DNA from: an uncultured delta proteobacterium | GTDB taxonomy: Bacteria; Myxococcota_A; Polyangia; Fen-1088 | Direction of reading: 5' to 3' | Assembly: GCA_963737265.1 (NCBI GenBank) | Contig: CAVTRY010000007.1 | Coordinates: 192,001 to 256,000 of the forward strand | Length of the DNA: 64,000 nucleotides | Shown: positions 10,125 to 20,050 of the stretch, one piece after another | How positions within the stretch are numbered: the first letter of the stretch is position 1 | Layout: each line of letters begins with the position of its first letter | Notes under the pieces: model-generated | The model's database searches: none | What the model saw: the letters and a program-made list of their open reading frames with translations, nothing else | Told to the model about the DNA's origin: nothing | Translations under genes and position numbers: made by a program

Positions 10125-11485
10125 ATCCATCGCAGCCGAAGAACCAAAAGCCATCCATTACCACCTCCGTCCCCGGCCCCAAGAGCAAGGCCCTGCGCGC
10201 GCGCGAAGATGCGCACCTTGCCCCGGGCTTGCAGGGCTACGCGTTGATGGCGGGCATCGCGGTGGCCGAGGCCAAGGGCAGCGCTATCACCGACGTCGAC
10301 GGCAATACCTTTCTCGACTTCATCGGCGGCATCGCCGTCAATGCCCTCGGCCATTCCCACCCTGTCTACGTCAAGGCATTGCAAGATCAGGTCGGCCGCG
10401 CGTCCGTCGGCGCGCTCACCTCCGAAGCGCGCGTGCAGCTGGGCGAGCGCCTGGCCGCGCGTACGCCAAGCAAGGCCCTGCACCGCTTGCAGCTTTATTC
10501 GAGCGGCGCCGAAGCCGTGGAGAGCGCGCTTCGGCTAGCCAAGTGCCACACCCACAAACACGAGTTCGTCAGCTTCTGGGGCGGCTTTCACGGCAAGACC
10601 ATGGGCGTTCTGTCGCTCATGGGGTCGCGCTTCAAGGAAGGCCTTGGACCCATGGTGCCGGGGGCGCATCAAGTCCCGTACGCCGACTGCTACCGCTGCC
10701 CGCTCGGCACGACCTATCCGGGCTGTGGCATGGCCTGCGTGGAATTCGCGCGCAAGCAGCTCAAGGTGGCGTCCGCCGGCTCCATCGCCGCCATTATCGT
10801 CGAGCCCATGCAGGGAACCGCGGGCAACGTCATTCCGCCCAAAGAATTCCTGCCGGCCGTGCGCGATCTGGCCCATGAGCTCGGCGCTTTGCTGATTGCC
10901 GACGAAATGATCACCGGCATGGGTCGCACCGGCCGCAATTTCGGCGTCGACCACACCCAGGTCGTGCCCGACATCATGACCGTGGGCAAGGCCTTCGGCG
11001 GCGGCTTTCCCCTTTCGGGTATCGTGACCACCGACGAAATCTCGGCCGCCAAGCCGTGGAGCAATCCGTCGGGCTCGTCGTCGAGCTACGGCGGCAACCC
11101 CCTGGGCGCCGCCGCCGGCGCCGCCGCACTCAAGATCATCGACGACGAGAAGCTGGTGGAAAACGCCGCCCAGGTCGGCGCGACCATGCTGCTCGAGCTG
11201 GAGACCTTCGCCGAGCGCTATCCCTTCGTTGGATTCGTTCAGGGCGCCGGCCTGTTCCTGCGTATCGAGCTGGTCAAGGACAAGACCAGCAAAAAGCCGA
11301 TGCCGCGGCCGGTGACCGACCGGATCTTTCACGAATGCGTGCGGCGGGGCCTTTTGACCATGGCCTACAGCCCGAACTTTCGCATCCAGCCCGCGCTGAC
11401 TATCGATGAAGCAACGGCCAAGAACGGCCTCGCGGTGCTAGCGGAAGTCTTCGATTCGGCCGCGCGCGACGGTTGGTGGAAATAG
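10121..11485 (+). CDS. Class III PLP-dependent aminotransferase
   Basis: DVDGNTFLDF, SSGAEAVESA, GGFHGKT, IIVEPMQG, LIADEMITGMGRTG, DIMTVGKAFGGG; 4-bp overlap with the upstream gene. Confidence 0.9.
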   Translation: MNPSQPKNQKPSITTSVPGPKSKALRAREDAHLAPGLQGYALMAGIAVAEAKGSAITDVDGNTFLDFIGGIAVNALGHSHPVYVKALQDQVGRASVGALTSEARVQLGERLAARTPSKALHRLQLYSSGAEAVESALRLAKCHTHKHEFVSFWGGFHGKTMGVLSLMGSRFKEGLGPMVPGAHQVPYADCYRCPLGTTYPGCGMACVEFARKQLKVASAGSIAAIIVEPMQGTAGNVIPPKEFLPAVRDLAHELGALLIADEMITGMGRTGRNFGVDHTQVVPDIMTVGKAFGGGFPLSGIVTTDEISAAKPWSNPSGSSSSYGGNPLGAAAGAAALKIIDDEKLVENAAQVGATMLLELETFAERYPFVGFVQGAGLFLRIELVKDKTSKKPMPRPVTDRIFHECVRRGLLTMAYSPNFRIQPALTIDEATAKNGLAVLAEVFDSAARDGWWK

Positions 11486-11499
11486 CTTCGCGGCAACCG

Positions 11500-12243
11500 C
11501 TACTGGTTGCGCCAGGCTGCGTAGACTAGAAACAGCCGGCTGTCGGTGCTGCCGTTACCGATGGCATTGTTGAGCTTGAGCTCGGCGCCCAGATCGAAGG
11601 CGTGCTGGACCAGGTAGTTGAGGCCGACGCCGAGAGGCATGGTCCAGTCGTTGCCGAAGTTCTTGGTCGAGCCGTAAAGACCGGTCTCGCCGAAAAGCGC
11701 CATCGCCGGCGTGAGCTGGTAGGCGAATTCAAACGGGATGTAGATGGCATCGCCGTTTTCCGAGCGATTGTTCAGGCCCACGCCGACATAACCGGAGGTC
11801 GCAATCGAGAAGCGCGGCTGGATGAATTTGAAGGCGACGCCGGCATCGAGCCGCAACAGCGCCGGGCTGGAGAACGAGGCGACTTCGAGAGCGCCCAGGA
11901 GCGCCAGATGCATGCCCCGCTCCTTCATGACCGAGTAGAGCATCCCAATGGCGAGGTCGTTGTAATGCTTGCCGCAGCCCTTGAGACACAGACCGTTGCC
12001 TGGGTGGAAGAGCCGCAGCTCGATCTCGTCGGTGAGCCCCAACCGGATCTCGAAGGGAATGCTCACCGGACTGCCAACCGATCCCTCCGAGAGGTTGATG
12101 ACCACCGGCACGCGCAGCTGCAACATCTCCGTCGGCAACAGCAACGGCCGCAGCGCGTATTCGTCGGGATACGTAGTCTGTGCGCGAGCTGTGCCGGCAA
12201 AGGCGACGGTTCCGAGGAGAATGGCAAGGATGAGCTTCCGCAT
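11500..12243 (-). CDS. Secreted / probable outer-membrane beta-barrel protein of unknown function
   Basis: Signal peptide MRKLILAILLGTVAFAGTARA; alternating aromatic/glycine beta-strands. Confidence 0.6.
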   Translation of the reverse strand: MRKLILAILLGTVAFAGTARAQTTYPDEYALRPLLLPTEMLQLRVPVVINLSEGSVGSPVSIPFEIRLGLTDEIELRLFHPGNGLCLKGCGKHYNDLAIGMLYSVMKERGMHLALLGALEVASFSSPALLRLDAGVAFKFIQPRFSIATSGYVGVGLNNRSENGDAIYIPFEFAYQLTPAMALFGETGLYGSTKNFGNDWTMPLGVGLNYLVQHAFDLGAELKLNNAIGNGSTDSRLFLVYAAWRNQ

Positions 12244-12367
12244 GCGCGAGCATCCTACGCACAAAGAAGAACCGGGCCACCCAAAAAGGCGCCGGTCTTT
12301 TCGTTTCGTGGTTTCTTGCCGCTCGGCGTGCTATCCCAGGCGGACGTTTTGACTTGAGGCTTTTGTG

Positions 12368-13594
12368 ATGAAATTCGCCGTGTTTCTAATCGATGGGATG
12401 GCCGACGACCCGCTCGAAGAATTGGGCGGGAAGACGCCGCTTGAGGCCGCCCGAACCCCGGTGCTCGACCAGCTCGCGCAGAACGCGCAGTTCGGAACCT
12501 TCGTGACCCTGCCGGCGGCCTTTCCCACGTCGTCGGACGTGGCCAACATGTCGGTGCTGGGCTGGGATTTGGCCTCGTCGTACACCGGGCGCGGCGCCAT
12601 CGAAAGCTACGGGCTCGGCGTGCCCCTCGACGACCAAACCGTCGCCTTCCGCATGAATCTCATCACCACCAAGGGCGCGCTGCTGGAAGACTACTCGGCC
12701 GGCCACATCACCGAGGGCGAAGCCGCCGAGCTGGTGGATTTCCTGCAAGCCAAGCTCGGCAGCGCGGAAGTCGAGATCCGCAAGGGCGTTTCCTACCGCC
12801 ACATTCTTTACCTCAAGGGCAAGCGCTTCTCGCCAGCCGTCGACTACGACAAGCCCGATTCATCGCACGGCATGGAATGGGCCAAGATCCTGCCGCGCCC
12901 GCGCGTGCCCGCGGCGGAGGCCACGGCGGCGCTCTTGCGCGACTTGATGATGAAGTCGCGCGAGCTTCTGGCCGATCACCCGGTGAACCGCAAGCGAATG
13001 GAAGAGGGCGAGAACCCCGCCAACATGATCTGGCCTTGGTCGGGCGGCTGCAAACCTGACATGCCGTCGTTCGAGCGGCTCTATGGAAAAAAGGGCAGCA
13101 TCATCTCGGCGGTCGACGTGATTTTGGGTCTAGGTCTGCTCGGCAAGATGGAATCGCTGCGGCCCGAAGGCGCGACCGGGTTCCTCGACACCAACTACGA
13201 AAACAAGGCGCTCGCCGGGGTCGACATGCTCCGCCGCAACGACTTCGTCTACATCCACGTGGAAGCCGTCGACGAATGCGGGCACCTCGGCGACCTGCCG
13301 AACAAGATCAAGGCCATCGAGGACTGGGATGCGCGTCTGGCGAAAACCTTCTTCGACGAGTACAAGAAAGTCCACCGCGACGAGCTGCGCGTGATGGTGT
13401 TGCCCGATCATCCTGTGCCGGTAAAGCTGCGCAAGCACACGCGCGATCCCGTGCCGGTCATGGTGGCCGGCGCAGGGGTGAAGGGCGACTTGGCGCTCAA
13501 GAAATACAGCGAACCAAACTGCGCGCGCGGACGCTACCAGGGCCTGACCGGACGCCAGCTCATGGATCTGCTGTTCGCCCCAAGCGTGAGCTAA
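12368..13594 (+). CDS. apgM: Cofactor-independent phosphoglycerate mutase, archaeal-type (ApgM family)
   Basis: DGMADDP...GKTPLEAARTP, SSDVANMSVLG, HVEAVDECGH, LPDHPVP...HTRDPVP. Confidence 0.87.
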   Translation: MKFAVFLIDGMADDPLEELGGKTPLEAARTPVLDQLAQNAQFGTFVTLPAAFPTSSDVANMSVLGWDLASSYTGRGAIESYGLGVPLDDQTVAFRMNLITTKGALLEDYSAGHITEGEAAELVDFLQAKLGSAEVEIRKGVSYRHILYLKGKRFSPAVDYDKPDSSHGMEWAKILPRPRVPAAEATAALLRDLMMKSRELLADHPVNRKRMEEGENPANMIWPWSGGCKPDMPSFERLYGKKGSIISAVDVILGLGLLGKMESLRPEGATGFLDTNYENKALAGVDMLRRNDFVYIHVEAVDECGHLGDLPNKIKAIEDWDARLAKTFFDEYKKVHRDELRVMVLPDHPVPVKLRKHTRDPVPVMVAGAGVKGDLALKKYSEPNCARGRYQGLTGRQLMDLLFAPSVS

Positions 13595-13610
13595 AGCGAG
13601 CCGCTGGGGT

Positions 13611-14753
13611 CTAGGCGGTTTCCTCGACTGTCGCGATAGCGGGTGCGTGCGCTCGCGCGCCGCGCGCCGGACGGTCGGCCACATTCTGTTCAAGGTCGAG
13701 CTGCCGGCTGCCCTCGCGCGCCGAACGATACGCTCGCTCGATGAGTTGAATGCACAGAAAAGCCTCGCTCGCGTCTTTGCCCACGAACTCGTTCTTGGTC
13801 ACGGCTGCTCTGAATTCGTCGAACAGGGAGCTGAACCAACCCACGTGGCTGGCGTCCATCCAGTCCGACGGTGCCACGCGCTGCTCGAAGCGCCACTTGC
13901 CGGGCGAACCCGGCGCGACGACGCCCGGCCCGGCTTCGAGAATGGCGACCTCGATGCTTTCGTCCTCGACGCGAATCGCGCCGCGCGCACCGTGCAGGGT
14001 GTAGATCACCTTGCGCACGCCCGCGGTCCACGACAAGTGGGCCGACACGATGCCGGACGGGAAGGTCAGCGTGCAGCCCATCGTGTCCTCGGTATCGAAA
14101 CCCGGCGAGATCGAGGTGTGGGCCGTGATGGCGCTTGGATAGGACTTCATCCATTCGAAGGCCAGATAGAAGGTATGGCTGCCGTGATCCATGGCGATGC
14201 CACCGCCAGCGTAAGAGCGCTCGCGCCGCCAATCAGGCCGCCATTCGGCGACGCCCTTGGCGTGGGTGTTGCGAAACGTTTGCATGGTCACCAGATGCAC
14301 CGGGCCGATGACGTCTTCGTCGAGCACACCGCGCACCGCTTTGACCACCGGCGCGTGCTTGTAGTTGTGGCAGGGAAAATAAACGCGCCGAGCCTCCTGA
14401 GCATGACGGAGCATGCCGGCCGCCTCCTCGACCGAAGTCGCCATCGGCTTTTCGCACAGAACGTGCAAACCGCAATCGAAGGCCGCATGCGCAACTTCCG
14501 CGTGATGCGCGGGGGGAGTCGCAATGTCGACGAAGTCGAGCGCCTCGGCCGCCAGCAGCGAGCGATGATCTGGGTAGATGCGGGCGTCTGGAAACTGCAC
14601 ATGGGCGGCCTGCCGCCGTGCTTCGCAGATATCGGCTAGCGCGACGATCTCGACCGCGCGGCCGTTGCCCATATGCTTTGCGTACGTCGGCGCGTGTCCT
14701 CGGCCAGCAATGAATCCGTAGCCAATGACCGCGCCGCGTAATGGACGACTCAT
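13611..14753 (-). CDS. Gfo/Idh/MocA family oxidoreductase
   Basis: GAVIGYGFIA Rossmann motif, HVLCEKPMA, GGGIAMDHGSH. Confidence 0.88.
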   Translation of the reverse strand: MSRPLRGAVIGYGFIAGRGHAPTYAKHMGNGRAVEIVALADICEARRQAAHVQFPDARIYPDHRSLLAAEALDFVDIATPPAHHAEVAHAAFDCGLHVLCEKPMATSVEEAAGMLRHAQEARRVYFPCHNYKHAPVVKAVRGVLDEDVIGPVHLVTMQTFRNTHAKGVAEWRPDWRRERSYAGGGIAMDHGSHTFYLAFEWMKSYPSAITAHTSISPGFDTEDTMGCTLTFPSGIVSAHLSWTAGVRKVIYTLHGARGAIRVEDESIEVAILEAGPGVVAPGSPGKWRFEQRVAPSDWMDASHVGWFSSLFDEFRAAVTKNEFVGKDASEAFLCIQLIERAYRSAREGSRQLDLEQNVADRPARGARAHAPAIATVEETA

Positions 14754-14935
14754 GACCACGCATTGCTACCACGACTTACCTCGTCGTGCCTACCCTTCTG
14801 TGGTGCAAGATGCGAAGACATCGTGCAAACTGCTCAGGTGTTTAGCTCTTCTAGCGCATCGCTTCACAAATCGTGGCTGTGGCATCAACGACCTTCGCTC
14901 GCAACCCAAGGGCTCCAGGCTTCAGGCGTAATGCG

Positions 14936-15029
14936 TCAATGCGGAGCACGAGCGGTCGCGCGGTAGACACGCAGGGCCAGATCGTCTGCCCATGGCAAAG
15001 ACCTTGAGCTTTGCTGGATCTCGACTCAC
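14936..15029 (-). pseudogene. Truncated four-helix-bundle (23S rRNA IVS-type) protein remnant
   Basis: With one base removed it reads VSRDPAKLKVFAMADDLALRVYRATARAPH*, resembling the family N-terminus; flanked by inverted degenerate cctgaag/gcctgg repeats at 14910-14928 and 15031-15068. Confidence 0.55.
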
Positions 15030-15249
15030 CCGCCTGAACTGGAGCGTGAAGCCTGGTGCCTGAGGCCTCATGACACGACCGCAGAAGAGATCGTCGCGCC
15101 ACGCGAAGAATCTCGGAAGCAGCAGAATAGAGTGGCGGATCACCCGATCCTTCCTTCCCCCGTCCGTGATAAACCGGACGAGCCTGGGGCCGGGCTGGGT
15201 CTTACACTGGGGCCGCCTGGGAATTTTCCGCCACGCCAAAAGAACCGCC

Positions 15250-16434
15250 ATGCGCAGGGCCTCGCTCGGAACGCTATTTTTGACCGTCTTCCTCGACCTG
15301 GTGGGATTCGGACTCATCATCCCCTTCCTGCCGTCCATGGCGCGCGATCTGGGGGCGAGCGATTTCGTCGCCGCCGCCTTGGCCGCCTGCTATTCGCTGA
15401 TGCAGTTCGTGGCGGTGCCAATCTGGGGACGCATTTCGGATCGGGTAGGCCGCCGCCCGGTGCTGCTGTGGAGCATCGCCGCCTCGGCGATGGGCATGGT
15501 CTTCCTGGGACTGTCGCAGAGCCTGGCCACGATTTTTCTTGCCCGCCTGTGGAGCGGCGCCGCGACCGCCAACATCTCGGTCGCGCAGGCCTACATCGCG
15601 GACGTCACCACGCCGCGCGAGCGCGCCAAAGGAATGGGCATCATCGGCATGGGCTTTGGCCTCGGCTTCATGGTGGGTCCGTTCATCGGCGGCGAGCTCG
15701 GCCGCTTCCACGTCATCGGCCACCAAGGAACCCTGCCCGCCTTCGTGTCGGCCGGCTTTTCCATCGTCAATCTATTCTTCGCGCTCCGTTACCTGCCTGA
15801 ATCGCTACCGCCCGAGAATCGCACGCAGTCGCGGCGCAAGCTCGCCATCGTCGATTTCACGGCCCTGCGAAACCTGGGACGTCATCCCGGCGTGGGCCTG
15901 ATCCTTCTTATCGCCTTCAACTCGATCTTCTGGTTCGCGGGTGTGCAGTCGATTTTCCGCCTGTTCACCCTCGATGCCTTCACGATGAACGTCGAGCACA
16001 CCGGGCGCGTGCTGGGGTTGGTCGGGTTGGTTTCGGTGATCGTGCAAGGCGGACTTATCGGCAGGCTCAACCGGCGCTTCGGCGAAATACGACTGCTGGC
16101 GGCGGCGCTGGTGCTCATGGCGACGGGCTTCGTGCTGCAAGGACTTAGCGTCAGCCTGGGAGTGCCCATGTTCATCGTGGCCGCGGCCATCACCGCCGCG
16201 GGGACATCGCTGCACATGCCCAGCGTTTCGAGCTACGTTTCGCGCCGAGTGGGGCCGGAGATTCAGGGCGCAACCTTGGGCCTCATGCAAAGCTCTGGCG
16301 CCTTAGCGCGAGCGACCGGCCCGCTCGTCTGGGGTTTGCTCTACCTCGAGCTTGGCTTGCGCGCGCCGTTCTACATCGGAGCCGCGGCCATCGCGTTGCT
16401 TATCATTGCGATTCCGCGCCTGCCACCGCTCTGA
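15250..16434 (+). CDS. MFS transporter, TetA/DHA1-like
   Basis: FLDLVGFGLIIPFLP, WGRISDRVGRRPVLL (motif A), AQAYIADVT, GFGLGFMVGPFIGG. Confidence 0.9.
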   Translation: MRRASLGTLFLTVFLDLVGFGLIIPFLPSMARDLGASDFVAAALAACYSLMQFVAVPIWGRISDRVGRRPVLLWSIAASAMGMVFLGLSQSLATIFLARLWSGAATANISVAQAYIADVTTPRERAKGMGIIGMGFGLGFMVGPFIGGELGRFHVIGHQGTLPAFVSAGFSIVNLFFALRYLPESLPPENRTQSRRKLAIVDFTALRNLGRHPGVGLILLIAFNSIFWFAGVQSIFRLFTLDAFTMNVEHTGRVLGLVGLVSVIVQGGLIGRLNRRFGEIRLLAAALVLMATGFVLQGLSVSLGVPMFIVAAAITAAGTSLHMPSVSSYVSRRVGPEIQGATLGLMQSSGALARATGPLVWGLLYLELGLRAPFYIGAAAIALLIIAIPRLPPL

Positions 16435-16577
16435 CGGTTCATTTTCGCGACTCCGGGGCGACCAACAAGGGTGGCCGTGGTCGGAAACGCCGCCGTGGCC
16501 GTGCCGGACAGTTGGGACGTTATCGCCGCACAAATTGCGTTGTGCACCAGACTTGGTTAGCTTGATTGCTAGAATTC

Positions 16578-17489
16578 ATGCCAGCCAGTCAACTCATCCC
16601 GGCTCTCGCGTGTTCGGCGCTGCTTGCGCTTGTGCCGCGCGCCCATGCGGGCGAACGCGGGAATGTCAACCCGCGAACCGGTCTTTTCGAGCCGCCCTTG
16701 TCCGATCTGCGTAAGGCGGCCGAACGTGAGGATCACACCGAGTTGGCGCGCACCGCAGGCCGGCTCGGCCCGGCACGCCTGGCCAAGGCGCTCGCGGATC
16801 CGGACGCACGAACGGCGCAAGCAGCGCTCGACGCCCTGCCACTCCTGCCAGCCGGTATACTCCTGCTTGGCGAAGCCTTTCCCCTTCTCGGCGCGGCCGA
16901 CGACACCACACGTGCGCACGCCGTGCGTTCGGTCGTCGCCTTGCTGGCGTCGAGCGATCCCGCTCGTCTCGAGGAATGGGAGATCGCCGACGAGACCACA
17001 CGTGCAACCTGCCGCGCTCTGGCCGCTGTGGCCGGGACCGAGGGACTTCCGATAACCACGCGCTTGCTTGCGGTCCAGTCGCTCGTCGGCCAGCACAGCG
17101 CCTGCGCGCCCAGCGCGAAACCAACCACGCTTCTGTCATCGCCCGAGCCCGAAATTCGGAGAGCAGCGGTGCTTCTCTTCGATGCGAAAGCCGGTAGTGC
17201 GCTACTGGCAGCGGCCAACGACAGCGATGGTCGGGTCGCCGCAGCAGCGGGCGCGCGTCTGTGTGGGTTCAGGTTGCCGACCGAGGGCAGCACCACTGCC
17301 ACCCATCCCTTGCGCCAGCTCGCGCTGGCCGAGGGCGCCGCAGCTGAGGACGTGGTCGAGATGTTACCCTGCCTGGCGGCGTCGACCGATCGCGCCGACG
17401 CTCAAGCCCTTCAGGATCTAAGAAATCTCGGTTCGCCCGTTGTCCGCGACGCAATCAAGCGGTTGAGAGAAACCGGCGTTACGCCGTAA
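16578..17489 (+). CDS. Secreted HEAT-repeat-like hypothetical protein
   Basis: Signal-like N-terminus; repeats such as ALADPDARTAQAAL, LLSSPEPEIRRAAV, AANDSDGRVAAAA. Confidence 0.55.
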   Translation: MPASQLIPALACSALLALVPRAHAGERGNVNPRTGLFEPPLSDLRKAAEREDHTELARTAGRLGPARLAKALADPDARTAQAALDALPLLPAGILLLGEAFPLLGAADDTTRAHAVRSVVALLASSDPARLEEWEIADETTRATCRALAAVAGTEGLPITTRLLAVQSLVGQHSACAPSAKPTTLLSSPEPEIRRAAVLLFDAKAGSALLAAANDSDGRVAAAAGARLCGFRLPTEGSTTATHPLRQLALAEGAAAEDVVEMLPCLAASTDRADAQALQDLRNLGSPVVRDAIKRLRETGVTP

Positions 17490-17520
17490 AGGTGGTCGCT
17501 GTTTGCGAGCTAGCCTAGAC

Positions 17521-18153
17521 TCATTTCTCGTCGCGTGAACGATGCCGGTTCGCGTGTTCGTCGATTTTGCGCGAGGCGATCTGGAGCAAGGCCGCAACGC
17601 CGGATTGCACCACCTTCTCGAACTCCTTCGCGCCATCGGCGGACGTCCCGCCCGCCCGAAGAAACTCCTGCTTCCAAGCCGCTCGCTCCGCCCGCTTTTC
17701 CTGGCGTTCCCGTCGACGCCGTTCCCGCTTTCGCCTGCGCAGCAAACGGTCATGCGGGGCAATCACGTGGCGCAGGCGAAACGTGAGCAAGATCGCGCTG
17801 CAGAGAAGTGGCCACTTGAACCACGCGCCGTGAAAAAAGCGCGTGTCGACGAAATAGAGAATCCCGTTCATCACGGCGTGGCTGACCAACGTGGAACCGA
17901 AGCGTTTGAGCTGGAGGGCACGTTCTTCGCGAATCTCCATGGCCTCATCGTGCTGGGCTAGCTTTCGCGTGCGCACTTGCGCCAACTCCGCCGTGGCGCG
18001 CTCCAGCGACGCGCGATCGATGCCGGCCTCGTCGGCAATGGCCACGAGATCGTCGTGATCGAGGTCGTCCCTGCGTTCCGCCTGCGCGTCGAGCGCACGC
18101 CGGATAATCTCGTTGATCTCGTCTTGCGTGTACGTCGGTTTGTCGCTGGTCAT
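17521..18153 (-). CDS. 2TM-domain membrane protein
   Basis: YTQDEINEIIRRAL...LVAIADEAGID N-terminus; two TM segments with WFKWPLL. Confidence 0.65.
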   Translation of the reverse strand: MTSDKPTYTQDEINEIIRRALDAQAERRDDLDHDDLVAIADEAGIDRASLERATAELAQVRTRKLAQHDEAMEIREERALQLKRFGSTLVSHAVMNGILYFVDTRFFHGAWFKWPLLCSAILLTFRLRHVIAPHDRLLRRRKRERRRRERQEKRAERAAWKQEFLRAGGTSADGAKEFEKVVQSGVAALLQIASRKIDEHANRHRSRDEK

Positions 18154-18275
18154 CGGTCAATGTTTGGTGACTGGCTAGAGATGGGCGAGGCTCTCTCTCT
18201 TCTTCGCCTCGTACCCCGCTGCCAAGATCAAACCTTGGTCGAGCAGATTTTTCAGGGTTCTAAGGTATTCCAAGA

Positions 18276-19025
18276 TCAGCCTCGGGTCACGGCGTAGAAC
18301 AGGATTCCGTACCATTCACGAAGTGCGGTCTCTGTCCGCTGCAGCCCGGCGACGGCTGGCAGAAAATCAAGCAGGGTGAGCGAGCTGTCGGGATTGATCT
18401 GGAAGTCGACCGGAAAGGGTATGAAGTTGACACCCGCTCCTCGAAAAAGGCGGGCCGCACGTGGCATATGCCAGGCCGACGTCACGAGGGCAATCTTTCC
18501 CCAGCCGCGCGTGCGCATCAGATCGGCCACGGCCAACGCCTCGTCGACGGTGTTGCCGACCTCGCGCGTGACGATGATTCGCTCCGCCGGAATCCCGCGC
18601 GCCACGGCCTCGCGCCTGGAAAACGCACCTTCGACTTCGGCTTGTCGTGACCAAGGAAGGCGACCGCCGGTGAAGACAAGCCAGTCCGCCTTCTTGCGCT
18701 GCCACAGCCGAATGCCAGCCTCTAGCCGCTCGTTGGCCTCGCCCAGGTTGGGCAGGTACCCTTCTGGCGCGGGCGGTCCGAAGATTCCACCCAGTGGCAC
18801 GATGGCATCTGTCTTCTCCACTTGGTCGATAGCCAGCGCCGGATAGCGCGATTCGAGCCAGTGGGTAAGGCGGTTGCCAACCAAGGGCATGCTGCACAGG
18901 TAAAGGACGGCCAAGGCCGCGAGCGCCGGCCACCGCTTCTTGCGCAGCACTGCAACCAACAACAGCACCACCACCCAGCCGAGTGGCAGCACGAAAATGG
19001 GCAGGAGTTTGTTGAGAAAAAGCAC
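18276..19025 (-). CDS. YdcF/ElyC (DUF218) envelope biogenesis protein
   Basis: DAIVPLGG, LVFTGG, NTVDEA, LVTSAWHMPRA, ALREWYG. Confidence 0.88.
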   Translation of the reverse strand: MLFLNKLLPIFVLPLGWVVVLLLVAVLRKKRWPALAALAVLYLCSMPLVGNRLTHWLESRYPALAIDQVEKTDAIVPLGGIFGPPAPEGYLPNLGEANERLEAGIRLWQRKKADWLVFTGGRLPWSRQAEVEGAFSRREAVARGIPAERIIVTREVGNTVDEALAVADLMRTRGWGKIALVTSAWHMPRAARLFRGAGVNFIPFPVDFQINPDSSLTLLDFLPAVAGLQRTETALREWYGILFYAVTRG

Positions 19026-19044
19026 GGGCGGTTGAAAGACGCGG

Positions 19045-20049
19045 TTAGATTCCCATCGGCGCGCCGTCGCTTTCCAGGGATTTCTGGGCTGCTTCGAGGA
19101 TGCGCACCACGCGCATTGCGGATTGTCCGTCGGTGATGGGCCGCTTGCCCTCGGCTATGCACTCGACGAAATGCCGGCACTCGCGCTCCAGCGGCTCGAC
19201 CATGGGAATCTGCGGGATATGGATGTCGCCATTGCGAATCGACAGAAATTGCGCGTATTCGGTGAACGACTGGGGCCGGTCCACGCCTTTGTCGTAGACG
19301 CGAAGCTTTTCCACGGGATGAACGTCATCGAACTCGACCATCTTTTGCGAACCTACGATGGTCAAGCGGCGCTCTTTGCGTGGATCGAGCCACGACACTT
19401 GAATTTGCGCGCTGACGCCGCTGCGAAAGCGCAGGTTCACGAAGACAACGTCCTCGATTCGGCTTTGCAGATAGGTGCCGCCGCGCGCGCTCACGGACTC
19501 GGGCTCGTCGGCAAGCAGATACTCGATCATCGCCACATCATGCGGAGCCAAGCTCCACAGGGCGTTCTCGTCCTGACGAACGCGGCCGAGATTCACCCGC
19601 ACGGCGTAGATATAGTAGATGCGCCCGAGCTCGCCGCTGTCGATCATGGCTTTCAGGCGCTCGACCGCGGGATGGAAGAGCATCAAGTGCCCGACCATCA
19701 GAACGCGCTTGTGGGTCTCCGCGGCCAGGACCACGGTGTGCGCGTCGGCGGCGTCGAGCGCCAGCGGCTTTTCCACCAAGACGTGCTTGCCGGCGTTCAG
19801 CACCCGGCGCGCCTGGGTGGCGTGATCCTTGGCCGGGGTCGCCAACACGACCGCATCCACGTCGCCCGCCGCGAGCGCGTCTTCCAGATCGTTTTCCAGA
19901 CGGGCGCGCGGAGCGATGGTGCGTGCCCGCTCCTTGGCGAGCTCGGCCGGGTCGCACACCATGACCAGCTCGGCTCCTTGCGTGCGACTTATGGCACGCA
20001 CGTGGTTGATGCCCCACGCGCCAGCTCCTACGACGGCGATGCGAACCAT
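19045..20049 (-). CDS. Gfo/Idh/MocA NDP-sugar dehydrogenase (WbpB/WlbA-like by context)
   Basis: VVGAGAWG, VLVEKPLA, NLGRVRQDENALWSLAPHD; in operon with a DegT aminotransferase and an acetyltransferase. Confidence 0.8.
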   Translation of the reverse strand: MVRIAVVGAGAWGINHVRAISRTQGAELVMVCDPAELAKERARTIAPRARLENDLEDALAAGDVDAVVLATPAKDHATQARRVLNAGKHVLVEKPLALDAADAHTVVLAAETHKRVLMVGHLMLFHPAVERLKAMIDSGELGRIYYIYAVRVNLGRVRQDENALWSLAPHDVAMIEYLLADEPESVSARGGTYLQSRIEDVVFVNLRFRSGVSAQIQVSWLDPRKERRLTIVGSQKMVEFDDVHPVEKLRVYDKGVDRPQSFTEYAQFLSIRNGDIHIPQIPMVEPLERECRHFVECIAEGKRPITDGQSAMRVVRILEAAQKSLESDGAPMGI

Positions 20050-20050
20050 G

